DNA from: Octopus sinensis
Taxonomy: Eukaryota
Length of the DNA stretch: 64,000 nucleotides
Direction: 5' to 3'
NCBI RefSeq assembly: GCF_006345805.1
Contig: NC_043018.1
Span: 2,852,001-2,916,000, forward strand
Positions 36,778-50,178 of the stretch are shown here, piece after piece. Below the pieces are notes generated by a model. That model made no database searches, had not been told where the DNA came from, and was given only the letters and a program-made list of their open reading frames with translations. The position numbers and the translations under genes are program-made. The first letter of the stretch is position 1; every line of letters begins with the position of its first letter.

Positions 36778-36920
36778 ATATATAAATATACATACATACA
36801 TACATTTCTTCGCCTTTCTTACTTTGCACTTCACTTTGCCCATGTCTCTCTCTCTCTCTTCTCCTTCTCCTTAATTCCTCTGTCCGTCTTTTCCTCTCTC
36901 TTCTCTTGATACGTGACTGA

Positions 36921-37285
36921 CTGTTGATTGTCCTTTGCGCCACTTATTTGCTACAGTTTTCACTTCCTTGTCACTGGAATAATGTTTGCCTCTCAAACCC
37001 TCTTTCATGGGTCCGAAAAGCTGATAGTCCAGTGACGATGATAGTCCAGTGAAAGCTGTAGTGAAAAAGTGGCTCAAAGAACAGTCAACAGATTTTTACA
37101 GGGCAGGGATACATGCTCTCATTTGAAGGTGTAACATTGCTATTGAGAGAAACAGTAACTATGTTGAAATGTAGGGATGCGATCCTCAGAGGACAAGCTT
37201 CATTTTGATGTATGGTCCGTGTTCCTGTGCTGGTAATTATACCTGTCCTAAACAAAATCGTATTACTTTTTGACTCACCCTCATA
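36921..37285. mobile_element. Two oppositely oriented mariner 3'-end fragments, the plus one ending in a TIR
   Basis: Minus: SLDYQLFGPMKEGLRGKHYSSDKEVKTVANKWRKGQST. Plus: KAVVKKWLKEQSTDFYRAGIHALI*..NYVE. The TIR reverse complement TATGAGGGTGAGTCAAAAAGTAATA ends at 37285. Confidence 0.75.
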
Positions 37286-38345
37286 TATATGTATGTGACT
37301 CGTTCCCCAAGAGAAATGAATATTCGACATTTTACACGTTTGCCACAAAATTCGTTTGAAGCTTTCAAAAAAATAACTTGATGATTTATCCTCGTATTAT
37401 TTTGTCAGCTACAGAATTATTTACAAATTTGTAAACGTATTTAAATATACTATTACTGTCTCATACGTGTTGATATACAGAAAAAATAGAATTGGAATGT
37501 TTTTATTAGTTCTCTGGAATTTATAGCTTTTTTACATATTTGATTATGAAATATATTTTTCTGGTAAACGTGGATATGTTGTCAGAAAATTACATATTTT
37601 ATGTAGAACTGATATAACTTCACAAAAAATAAATAGAACTCGAAAAGAAAGGAAAGCAGGATAAAATCCATCCAAAAGTATTCGGAACAAACTTAACTAT
37701 CAAGCAGTTTTTGTCTGTATAATACATGGATGTGATCATCATTTTGTTTGCTTACTCCAGACCTTCTAACTTATATTTCAATGTGAAAGAGTGTGACTTA
37801 GACTCAATATTTGCATAGACACAGATGAAATTGAAATATATAGAAGTTAAAAAAAAAAACAAGTTATAAATGTCGTGAGTATCTTCTTTCACCGAAAGCG
37901 TCAGATCTACATATTGATTTTCTATTTAAAATGAGTCCAATTTTTCAGTTTGTTAGTATATCACAAATATACATAATTGACTGATCCTTTGACGGTTTAA
38001 TGCAGGGGTCTATAACTAAAGTACTAATTGCGTATTGGGGTCGATCTTATCAACTGGCTCTCTCCCCCAAAACATTTGGGGCTTTGTGCCTTAGCGTAGA
38101 AAAGAATAATGGATGCAATTAGTAATTTCTTCCGTGGCTCTAGCGATTTAATGCGCAAATGCCATACTTACAGTGTTTAATAAAATGAATTAGCATGAAA
38201 CAATTGTAATACTCTACCTTGGATATACTTGTTGCTTATTTTGATTATAATCACCCCATTTCATCTATATGGATAATATCATACTAAATTCTGGTGCCTT
38301 TGTCTTAAATACCATATTCATCTGAATTATACTTTTGCTGATCTC

Positions 38346-38380
<35 letters not shown>

Positions 38381-38817
38381 AGATCTCCATCACACACCAC
38401 ACATACACATACGCCTATATATAGTTCGTCCTCTGCTTTTCTTTTGATATGATGTACATTCGAACTCTCCAGAATGTATATATCACAATAATTAAAATAG
38501 GATATCGTTCAGCTTTTTGTTATAACATCACAAACTATGGAAAATCTAACGTATTTTAATTGTAAGTAGAAGCAGAATAATACCGTTTCCTTAATTACAT
38601 TGAAACGCCGGATTTTTAGATGAAAAGAAAATCTTAATCTATTTTTATTGACTTTGATATTACTGATTTTGGAGTCGATAAAATAAGTCGCAGGTGAGTA
38701 ATGGAATCGATGTTATCGACTTCTACTCTCCTCCGAAGTTGCTGGCCTTGTACCAACATTTGAAACCAGTGTTATTTATCGAACAATATTGTTAAATAAT
38801 AATTGATGCAATTACAA

Positions 38818-39030
38818 GGAGGTGACCTGGCAGAAACGTTAGCACGCCGAAATTCTTAGCAGTATTAAGTACGTCTTTAGGTTCTGAGTTCAAATTCCAC
38901 CGAGGTCGAGTTTGCCTTTCATCTTTTCGGGTCGATAAATTACGTACCAGTTGCGTATTGAAGTCGACCTAATCGACTGGCTCCCTCCCCCAAAATTTCA
39001 GGCCTTGTGCCTAGAGTAGAAAGTAATAAT
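38818..39030 (+). mobile_element. tRNA-derived SINE (second abundant family)
   Basis: GGAGGTGACCTGGCAGAAACGTTAG..GAGTTCAAATTCC..GCCTTGTGCCTAGAGTAGAAAG. Possible 17-bp TSD aataat(t/g)gatgcaat. Other copies lie at 49052-49272 and 57363-57785 (minus). Confidence 0.75.
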
Positions 39031-39394
39031 GGATGCAATAACTAATTTCTTCCAAAGATCTAGTGATTTAAAGATTAGTAATCTGTAGCACAATGTATAA
39101 TTATTGAGTAATTTATCATGCTATAGTAATAAAATCAACTATATCTCCTGTTGATTTTACTCTAAGATGTACATGCATATATATATATATATATACATAT
39201 ACGCATCCACACACACGGGCGCGCACACACACACATACACAAACATATCTTTCCTTTATACTATATGCACAAGGTCCAAAATGGGGGGGGGCAGATTAAG
39301 TGGATTGTAACGTGTGCAGGACTCAACCGACTCTTATTTCACCGACTCCGGCATGATAAAAAGTAATGGCAACCTCGGAAGAATTTGAAAACAT

Positions 39395-39525
39395 GAGGTT
39401 AGTATGTCTTGGTGACTGCTGGTCGTCTACAGGCAACTTTTCCCGGACTTGTGTCCCGGTGGGGAACTTTCCAGGTGCAATCCCATGGCCATTCTTGACC
39501 GAAGTGGGAGGTCTTAGATTCACAC
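39395..39525 (+). mobile_element. 3' body of the SINE family seen at 41575-41842
   Basis: Reverse complement of 41575-41705 (ggtgactgctggtcgtctacaggcaacttttcccggacttg). Confidence 0.7.
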
Positions 39526-39583
39526 TGAGGAAATAGCCTAATATTTGGTTCGTGGTGCAAACTATTTTTCCAGCTTACACACA

Positions 39584-39615
<32 letters not shown>

Positions 39616-40298
39616 TACACACACACACACTGTGGGAAAATGGTTTAATACAGTCGGTGGGTCGAATCAATATCTCACGGTTTTATTTACTTTTGCTCGA
39701 GTCAGACGTCTTTACGATAAGCGTCATTTACTTTCCTGGTGTGAAAATTGGTAACAGAAACTTTCAGGCAAAACTGTGAAAGATGACAACTAGATATTCG
39801 AATAAATCTCATATAGATGTTATCCTTGTATGACCATCCTGTTTAGAAACGGAAGTCTCTAAGAGAATACCAATACAGGGCATATCAGTCAGTGCAATGA
39901 AAATAGTTTGCATAATTTTAGGTTCAATAATTGGGATTCATTCGCTTGGCAATTCACAGCCCTGTCTTCACACCATTATTAGACAACAGGTAAACAAAAA
40001 GAAAACGCGCGTAATGAAAAGAAATTCGCTTCATTAATTCGTAAACAAATTCAACATCACTTTTGTGATTTTCCTAGATTCAAGTATAATCCGTATTAGA
40101 GCGATAAGGAAAGCTACTTGGAAATTAGATTAACAGAAAGGAAAATTTTCATTTCAGACAATGCGTTGTTTTACTTTCTCTTTCCTGCAAATAGCCACAG
40201 AACGCGATGCAAATAGTTGAATGTCTTCCAGTCATTATGATTAAGTTACATCAAGTTATCGAGCGAAGCATAGGTGCCATATTGAATATTTGTCTTTC

Positions 40299-40352
<54 letters not shown>

Positions 40353-40357
<5 letters not shown>

Positions 40358-40375
40358 CGTTAGTTTTGTGAGTAT

Positions 40376-40442
<67 letters not shown>

Positions 40443-40470
40443 CGTTAGCTTTGTGAGTATGTGTGTTTGC

Positions 40471-40515
<45 letters not shown>

Positions 40516-40542
40516 CGTTAGCTTTGTGAGAATGTGTGTTTG
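40353..40542. repeat. Three copies of a ~32-bp core separated by (TG)n
   Basis: gcgtgcgttag(t/c)tttgtgag(t/a)atgtgtgtttg at 40353, 40438 and 40511. Confidence 0.85.
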
Positions 40543-41120
40543 CGTATGTGTGTGTGTGTATGTGTGTGTGTGTGTGTGTGTGTATCGGACTGCGAGCGTT
40601 TGTTTGTATTTAGATTTGCTCGATGTAGTTTTGCTTTGCATTGGTTTTATTTTGTTTTTCTTTTTTATTTTATCTGTGAAATACGTTTGGCAAGAATATT
40701 TATTTGTTGGCTAAGAAACAGATTTTTCTGTTAAACAGTCTCCGAAGACAACTAATCATAGATCCGACGGAATGCGGTAAAGAATTTTCAATTAGTTTAT
40801 TTTGATATGACTAGTTAGGCATTTTAAGGCTACGACAGCCTATGCTATTCAACATTGCCAAAGAATTGCAGCATTTTAGAATGCACATTGGGCATTGTTA
40901 TAGATTCTATAACACGTCCCTTGAAAAATAGCAGCCAAATTTCATTCATGTGTCATCCACACCGACTTAAACAAGGAATAGTACATTAGATGATATAGTT
41001 AAATTCGTACAATGTAAAAATACCATTAAATATATCGAGGAATCTCAACACAAACAAATTAACACCATAATGTTTTAAATCTTTGTCCAGGTTGCTAACT
41101 ATTCAGTTAACTCATCAGCT

Positions 41121-41161
<41 letters not shown>

Positions 41162-41574
41162 GCACACACAGAGATTCGTGTATATTGGAGCAGAAACTGG
41201 TTGAATACAATCGGTGAGACAGATACTATGGAGCGTATTGTCTCTGAAACAGGAAAACAACTCGGTGGTCATAGCGGTGTTTTTGGTGCTACGACTTTTA
41301 AGCCGTGACTTATTTAACAATCAACACCATTTGCTTCTCAACTGGCCGACTGCAATGTCATGACCAACAACTATGTCTAAGACATCCTAAAGATGATTAT
41401 AACGATGGAGATACTTTCTTGGTTCATCATAAATTCTTAAATTTTTTACTTGGATGTTTGAATGAGAAAAGCTTTTCGTCAACTCGAAGGTATTCTAGCC
41501 AATGCCTTGTAAATTTGAATAGAAAACAGATTCACTGTTTTAGAAGTGTTTCATTGGTCTTAGTATCTAAGTGT

Positions 41575-41842
41575 CTGAATCTAAGACCTCCGACTTCGGC
41601 GAAGAATGACCATGGGATTACACCTAGAAAGTTCCCCTCCGAGACGCAAGTCCGGGAAAAGTTGCCTGTAGACGACCAGCAGTCACCAAGGCATACTAAC
41701 GTCATCTTCCTCTGATATTAGACAAGGGAGAGCACTGCGAAATAAAGTGGCTTGATCAAGAACGCAACACAACCAGTTCAGGAATCGAACTCACAACCTC
41801 ACGATTGCAAGCCCGACGCTTTACCCACTGAGCCATGCGTAC
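41575..41842 (-). mobile_element. tRNA-derived SINE (third family)
   Basis: Minus head ACGCATGGCTCAGTGGGTAAAGCG..GAGTTCGATTCC followed by the body shared with 39395-39525. Confidence 0.7.
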
Positions 41843-43811
41843 ATTTGTAAAAATGCACCGGGGTCTCCTAGGACGCGAGTCTTTCACCATCAGTCTTCTC
41901 TGACTGAAAGGACTTATGATTGTAAATGCTTTGACATTGATCGTGATGTCTTTCCTTCATAATTCTAAACATGCTTGTCTTCTGTTTCTGCTATTAAGAG
42001 AATGGATTATGATTTGATGCTTATTCAGGGCATATGTTTTCAATCTAAACGACCGTATGGAAGAAAACGTTAAGATTCGACTAACTGATTTTGTATTTTA
42101 ACGCAGGTCAGACTTGATCCATCAGACAAATGACTGAAATCATTCTCTCCTTGACCATTATGTCATTTCCCTTCATCTTCAGGCATCCTATGCGGCGATT
42201 TGACAAAGAAAGTAGTTACGATATTTCATTTGGCGATTTGTGCTCTGATAACAATTGCCACCGAGGCGAATTCTGATACCTCAAGTTCTAAGTCGGTAAA
42301 TAAAGTTGGAGCTTCAGGCGGAGCGGTGAACAGTCGAAATCATAAGATTAGTGGTCCTTCAATTATTTGTTTTGGTTCTTTGCACTTTGAGTAGAAAGCC
42401 TTCTCAGAACTATCCGGTTGAGCGTATTAAACCGTTGCCCGTGCTAACACAATTGCATGAACCTACACAACTACATGGATCGAACACACCCTTAACAGGT
42501 TTCAGTCGGACCACGTTTCCGGGTTAATGTTGCCTACCTCGTACCAACCAATTGCAGAAACCTTGAAATAAAATATGGACACATAATTTCTTTTTGGGTA
42601 CTTGATACGAAAAAGTATGTTTCCGAACTAAATTTTCTAATGTGACATTTCTTTTATATTGAGGACTTAGGTGAGGTATATCGTCAGATATATCTAGCAG
42701 ACCGTTTTTCCACGTAAAGGATACACTTATTAATAGTTCATTATTCGTCAGCTTTTGCTTTCCTTGTTTCCGTCATTGGACTGCAGCCATCCGGCATTTA
42801 GTTGCGTCAGTGGACCCACTAGTTTTAAATCTGATATTCATTGTATTGGTCACTTTTCCTCAAACGTTACGTGAACTAGGACGAAAACAAACAGATACCG
42901 GTGGTGAAACGGTGATATGGTACAAAATCAACGTAAACACCAAGACATACACGCGTTCATTCATACAAAAACATAATACACACACACACACATACACAGA
43001 GTTGCTGTCTGCCAGATTAACTACAAAGCTATTGGTCACACCTAGTGTACCATAGTAGACGCCTACGCAAATTGCTGCATTGTGGGATTGAACACGTGGT
43101 TGTAAAGCTAACTTATTAAATCTTAGGAGACAAATCTGATTCTTTAGAGACCATCTTTGACAATTAATTAAATGGAATTTCTTTAGATAACAGCGAAAGA
43201 TTCCAATCAAGGTATACTAGACTTTTAAATCAGAATCGATAATCCCTCAAACTAATACCATACTAGCATTTGCAATGAGCTGGAGACTCGATTAGCATGA
43301 AGTATTGCGTAGAGATAAGGTACTGCAGTTTCACAATCAACTAAATAATCGGAAGATTAACACGGTGTTTAAAACACGAGATGTTTTAAGAGCTTAGATA
43401 ACAGTCGTGGTATAAAAATACAATGTGATACAAGCGAAGCTGATAAGGAGTAGATAACTCTTGTTTGTGCTGTCGCGTTTCACCTCACAACTTATGTTCA
43501 CCTCACTGACATCAAGCTATACCGTTTGTTATCTGGAGCCAGCGAAGCCTGTTTAAAATCCCCCTTTCCCAACATTTTCAATCATATTATATATGCATCT
43601 GTAATATATGTGCATATATACACATATATACAAATATAAGCATATATATATTATATATACATTATGTATATATATATATATATAATATATATATACATAT
43701 ACATATTTATATATTCACACATATATACAGATATACGTATATATCGTCTCTATGTTGATATATATACATATGTACATATATATGTATATATACATATATA
43801 CATATATATGT

Positions 43812-43847
<36 letters not shown>

Positions 43848-44028
43848 TTAGAATCGTTCACATAGACGTCCACCTACACACACATGTATATGAATATATA
43901 TTACAGATACCTATAAACATGTATGCATGTATATTTATATATTTGTGTATATATATATATACATTTATACACACACACATACACACACACATATATATAT
44001 TATATATATACCCATATATACAAAAATA

Positions 44029-44063
<35 letters not shown>

Positions 44064-44830
44064 TATATACGTTATATATATACATACATATCTATATACA
44101 TACACATATACAGATATACGTATGTAACGTTTTCTCTATGTTCATATACATACTTACATTTCTATATATATACAGGCTTGCATATATATATATATATATA
44201 TTATATATATTTGGAAACATTTACAAACACACCCACCCACGCACACATGTATATGAATATATATTATATACACGTATGTATTTTGAAAGTGTATGATTAT
44301 ATATATATATATATATATACATAGATAAGAGGGTGGTGAGGTGGAGAGGGCAGATTTGGAAATAGTAAGAGGGGGAAAGCGTGAATGAATGCGAAGTGCA
44401 GAATAAACTGGAAACTAGTGTTTACACTTACACGCTGGAACTGATCGGAAGAAGTATTGGAAACTGAAGAATCAAAGTAAATAATAATTTCGAAAGAATT
44501 CTCTGTATCATACAGCTTCAAAAGGATTGATTTCGGAATGATTGAGAGATTGGAAGAACATTGTGCAGTTGGGTGGCGGAAAGACGAGGTTACCGTTTTT
44601 ATTGTTGATCCACTTTCTAATGTAAATCTAAAGAAAACCTCCGAGAAATCAAGGAAAAATCAGGTGAAGTAGCACATATCACGATGAAAACGAATAGGTT
44701 TTTGGCTCAGTGATCGATATGGCTCGATGTGATGCTGTTATCAGATTTAACATCGAAAAGCAGCAGCCGATTAATCCATTCAATCGATATGGTATATAGA
44801 ATCCATAAGAATAGCAATAGAAATGATGAA

Positions 44831-44840
44831 GATAATAATA

Positions 44841-44909
<69 letters not shown>

Positions 44910-44912
44910 GCA

Positions 44913-44943
<31 letters not shown>

Positions 44944-45005
44944 TGATGATGATGATAATAATAATGATGATGATGATGATAATAATAATAATAATAATGA
45001 TGATG

Positions 45006-45060
<55 letters not shown>

Positions 45061-45062
45061 TG

Positions 45063-45104
<42 letters not shown>

Positions 45105-45107
45105 GCA

Positions 45108-45167
<60 letters not shown>

Positions 45168-45200
45168 GCAATAGTAATAATAATAATGATAATAATAACG
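44831..45200. repeat. (AAT)n/(GAT) array
   Basis: Direct reading. Confidence 0.95.
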
Positions 45201-45771
45201 ATAATACTGACGATTTCTAACATATTATAATAACAATGACAATACGTAAAGATGATGATGAAGAGGAGGAGAAGGAGGATTATGGTTATAACAACAACAA
45301 TATTATGGAATGGAATATCTTTGAAAACTGCAATATCTGGAGGCGATGAAAGCTGTTGCGATAAGGAGGCAAATGCAGAGTAAATAACAATTAACTTGGT
45401 CTCTTAAGATCCGTATTAATTGTAAAAGCTTTTGTTGCGCAAAGGAGAACGAAAACAAACTGGAAAAAATACCCCCCACACACACCTTCTCCCCCCACCC
45501 CAACCCCCTCCAGAAAAAGAAGAAATAAATAAATAACTAAATGAAGCATATGTGCTGATGCAAAATTGCAGAGTTTTACCAATTTAGAGAAAGAAGAATA
45601 ATTCTCGAAAAGCCAAATACGTGATAAGGAAAGGAAACAGAGATTACTGTTGCCGTGAGGTAGTTGTGGGCTTCTCACAATCTTCATCTTACCACAAATA
45701 TAGTTTATCTCATTTTTATTTTGTTCTATCTCGCAGCAACAGTCAAAACAAAAGAAATCATGTTAGTGTCA

Positions 45772-45783
45772 TTCTTATTATTA

Positions 45784-45853
<70 letters not shown>

Positions 45854-45857
45854 CATA

Positions 45858-45912
<55 letters not shown>

Positions 45913-45955
45913 TATTATTATCATCATCATCATTATATTATTATTATTATCATCA

Positions 45956-46036
<81 letters not shown>

Positions 46037-46063
46037 CACTACTATTGTTGTTGTTGTTGTTAT
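45772..46063. repeat. (ATT)n-(ATC)-(ACT)n-(GTT)n compound array
   Basis: Direct reading. Confidence 0.95.
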
Positions 46064-46368
46064 TGCTATTGAGAGGCCGAGCCTTGTTTGGTACTCACTC
46101 GTAAGGCTCTGTTTGTTACCAAACACAGCGTTTCTCGAAGTCTCCATGGTTCTTTGATTGGAATCAGATCAGAGCGTTGGTGAGCTTTCAGTTTTTGACA
46201 TATCTCCAGCATAAAGCAACGAATAACCTCCAGGTTTCACATATCTTCACACACATCACCGTATACATACACACATATACACACACAAATATGTATATAT
46301 ATATATATATATATATACATATGTATGTATGTATATGTATATATATGTATATGTATATGTATATGTAT

Positions 46369-46474
<106 letters not shown>

Positions 46475-47635
46475 ATATATATATGTACACCAATGCATAT
46501 ATGATGGTTGTCTACTGTTCATGCAGCAGAGACCACCTCTTGTATTTACGCCTTATATCCATCATGGCCTCTGATGTGGCTTTTTGAACCAGAGAATATA
46601 TTGAAAAGACAATCACATTGATTGTGTTTCTGATTTGGACCACCAAATGCATAAATGCATGCATACATGTATACATACATACATACTTGCATGCATACAT
46701 ACTTGCATGCGTACATACATACATACATATGCACATACACTGATACATGCATACCTAGCGAGATGCGGAAAGAGACAGACAGAGACAAGGACGAGAGTAA
46801 CATACCATTATACATGCAAGTGTTTTACCTGTCCATACGTTTTTGTGAGAGTTGATATAACTGCATAAGACAGCGATATGGACAAGTGCAGACAAACAGC
46901 ATATTGTTTGCCTCTGTGTTTGTATGTGTCTTATAAGCTAACTAAAACAACGCTATGCCAAACACATATTTGAAACATAATAGAAAACATTTATCAGTAT
47001 ACTAGCTCTAAAAATACCCATCGCATATCCAACCTTGCTCAACAAGTAACCTCACTAATGACATCCAGTCAAACACTATTCACTTAAATCCGCATAAAAA
47101 ATACGACACACAAAATATATACCTTTCCACCGGTCAGATATCAGTATCAAGAATTCAGTTCTGAAAACTGAAAACAATGACACCTAAATAAACCCAAAAT
47201 ATTTATACCACAGAAACAAATAATAAAATTAATTTATAGATTGTAGTGATATGAGTGTGGTTTTCTCTCGTTAAGGCTTTTGTGAGTTCGTAGTTGATTG
47301 CCTTCACGCCTCAAACTGTTAGTGCTCTAGATTAACTTAATCAATTCATGTATGAATGCGTGTATGTATATGAATAGACGTTTTCCGAAATGATTGTTGT
47401 ACTAGAGGGGGTGAAAGAGAGAAAGAGACATACATAGTTAGATAGATTGGTAGGCAGTTGTATTTTATATACATACATTCATGTTTATACATGAAAGTGT
47501 TGGTTTTCATACAATGGCCAGCAACCAATTACTACCTAATTTATACATGCTGGATCCGTAATGCCAAATGAGGCTTCTTAACCATACAGTTGTGCCAGAA
47601 GAAATTCGTTTTCAGTCTTAACCAATTTTTTTCAG

Positions 47636-47695
47636 CTGCCTTTTTAAATGAAAACCACAGAAATCACCTGTATGTTGGCACACGTTATGCTACAG
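47636..47695 (+). CDS. Candidate 60-bp phase 1-1 internal exon of an unidentified host gene (xAFLNENHRNHLYVGTRYATx)
   Basis: Acceptor ccaatttttttcag|, donor CAG|GTATGC, length divisible by 3, and only one of three frames open. No recognised homology. Confidence 0.3.
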
Positions 47696-48006
47696 GTATG
47701 CTTTACAATCAAAATTCCGAAGTATATTTGATGTATACGCGGGATAAAGAAATGTATGTATAAACTGATGGATTGAGGACGGTTAGAATGTTTCATTTAT
47801 TTACACCGTTCTCGTGTACGGTGTCTGACCAGTGGTGTAGCACGAGAAGGAACCAATGTAAATAGTGCCAGAACCGCTTCAATCTGGACATAGTGAGAAG
47901 ACCAAATAACAAGAATCGAAAATATATATATATATATATATATACAGGACTCTCTCTCTCTCTCTCTCTCTCTCTTGCAGTCTGTATAGTGAATACATAT
48001 ATATAT

Positions 48007-48041
<35 letters not shown>

Positions 48042-49051
48042 TGACGGTTAGTAAGGAGAGACACAAATAAGTAAGAAGAAAACAAAGGACCACTGATGCG
48101 GTCACAGGAGTGTGACGAAAGAACTCTGGCCGAAATAAGATTAAGATTAATGTAAAAAAGAAACAACACTGAAGCAAAATAACACCAAATATATAGTGCA
48201 TGTGTTTTTATTGGCTAAACTGGCAAAATGACCATTTCGAAATATAACAATATATATATATATATATATATATAAGAAAATAAAAACGGAAAATACACAC
48301 ACTTACATGGTTACTGTATAATTTTTAATGTATATATATATATGTGTGTGTGTGTGTGTTACATCTATGTGCGACAGTGAGAGAGAGTTTAGTGCCAATT
48401 AGTTCTTGCTTGTAGATAACTAGAGCTAGCATAGTAATTATATTTACAAAATGCACAGCTATTTTTTTCTTTATTTTACCACCTTTAGGCTATAGACTGA
48501 TAGAATAATACAGAATAGTGATAAGCGTTTAAATAATTATAAACAGCCGTTCATATGCCATAGGAAAAATGACAGTTTAAATAATCTATGTAAATATGCA
48601 GGTGTTTTGTACTGTGCATGAATGGGTTTCAATGTGAATTTTAATTCGTTTGCAATATAATCGTTTTAATAATGACGAAAATCATAAAAGCAAAGTGTAG
48701 CATCTGGATATAAAATGTCATGTCATTCTCTAATGTCACAGATAAAACATAAATTTCTCCTTGATACAAAAATATGAATAAATACATTTGTATTGGATCT
48801 GGTGGTACTGATCCAATACAATGCAGCAACATAGTCGTTACTACAAAGTGAGATTTTCCTATAATTAATTAGGATGCAGGAGTTATGCATCCATGGAAGT
48901 TGCTATTGTCTCTAAAACTGTAAGATACCGGAGTTTGCGACTCCAACCAAAGAAATAATTGCACATGATAGTACTTCAAGTTGTGATGGGTTTTAACTGT
49001 AAATATTAATGCAAGTTTCTCACCACACAGCCACGCCTGCGTCAATGTTCA

Positions 49052-49272
49052 TAATTATTCTTTTCTACTCTAGGCACAAGGCCAGAAATGTTGGGTGGGG
49101 TGGTCAGTCGATTAGATCGACCCCAGTACAAAACTGCTACTTAATTTATCGATGAGGGAAAGGATGAAAAGCAAAGTAGACCTCGGTGGAATTTGAACTC
49201 AGAACGTAAAAGCAAACGAAATACCTCGAAGCATTTCGCCTGGTGTGCTAACTTTTCTGCCAGTTCGCTACC
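49052..49272 (-). mobile_element. tRNA-derived SINE (family of 38818-39030)
   Basis: Collinear reverse-complement similarity. Confidence 0.75.
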
Positions 49273-49822
49273 TTCATAATTATTAATAAATTTAGTTTAG
49301 GTCACGGCAGTCAAACTTAATAAGCGCTTGAAATATTTAATGAGCTGTAGTGTAATGGTAGATACCTGGTCTTCAAGGTTGTTCCATTTGACTGGTGTTG
49401 TAAGACCTCGCATGAGAAATGCCTTGCTGCTTTGTGAAATTGACTCTCGGCAAATCAGATCATAGAAACGCCAAGAATCACTACATCAGTGTTCTTTAGA
49501 TTGCTGTGTGGAATATCCCACTCTCTCTATAACGTTATTCTGCGTGGGAATTATCCGTTAGTTGAGCCAGTCAAGTTCCTAAATAATCTTGGCATCCGTA
49601 GACGGTTTGCTCAATGAAATACACAGGTCGAATCTGTAATTGAAAATATTCTGCATCAACAATTATATCTTAAAACCAAAAAGGGAGGCAGACATTTAAA
49701 AGAACAATTACAACAATATTTCTCTCTGTTGCTACTGGATAGCCCAATGTTGCCGCCGATTTCTGACTTACTGAACGAGACATAGTATTGCAGTTTCTAA
49801 ATGAAATAATCTGAGATAAATA

Positions 49823-50032
49823 CAGGGTGGCCCCAAAGTAAGTTTACAGTTATCCCGTAGGCTCTTTCAATTTCTTTAAAAACCTTATATTACATTTAAA
49901 TTTCTATCTTAGAATTAATTAATTAGCATAGAATGATGGTTTCAGATTATTTCTAATCAGGATCTAAACTGTTAATATATGAATGCTAAAGAGAAATTTG
50001 AATAGCTGTAAACCTACTTTTGGGCCACACTG
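49823..50032. mobile_element. Tc1/mariner-type MITE, 210 bp
   Basis: TIRs CAGGGTGGCCCCAAAGTAAGTTTACAG / CTGTAAACCTACTTTTGGGCCACACTG (24/27). TA at 49821-49822 and 50033-50034. Confidence 0.85.
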
Positions 50033-50147
50033 TATATGTAGACGCCAGTTCTTATCTTTGGCCCATCATGAATATTATCTTTTAATATAATCATATTCTT
50101 TACTCCCACTCTACTGCATCTCTCTCTCTCTCTTTTTCGCTATATGA

Positions 50148-50178
<31 letters not shown>

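Noticed and set aside
42183-42394. Candidate exon after tttcccttcatcttcag
   Set aside because: No recognisable product, and its phase is incompatible with the 47636 candidate.
44462-44512. CTGAAGA..GAAAGAATTCTC as a hammerhead
   Set aside because: Stem III is palindromic but there is no stem I or stem II pairing.
48783-48826. Hairpin ttgtattggatc/gatccaatacaa as a pre-miRNA
   Set aside because: The stem of 12-15 bp is too short for a canonical precursor.
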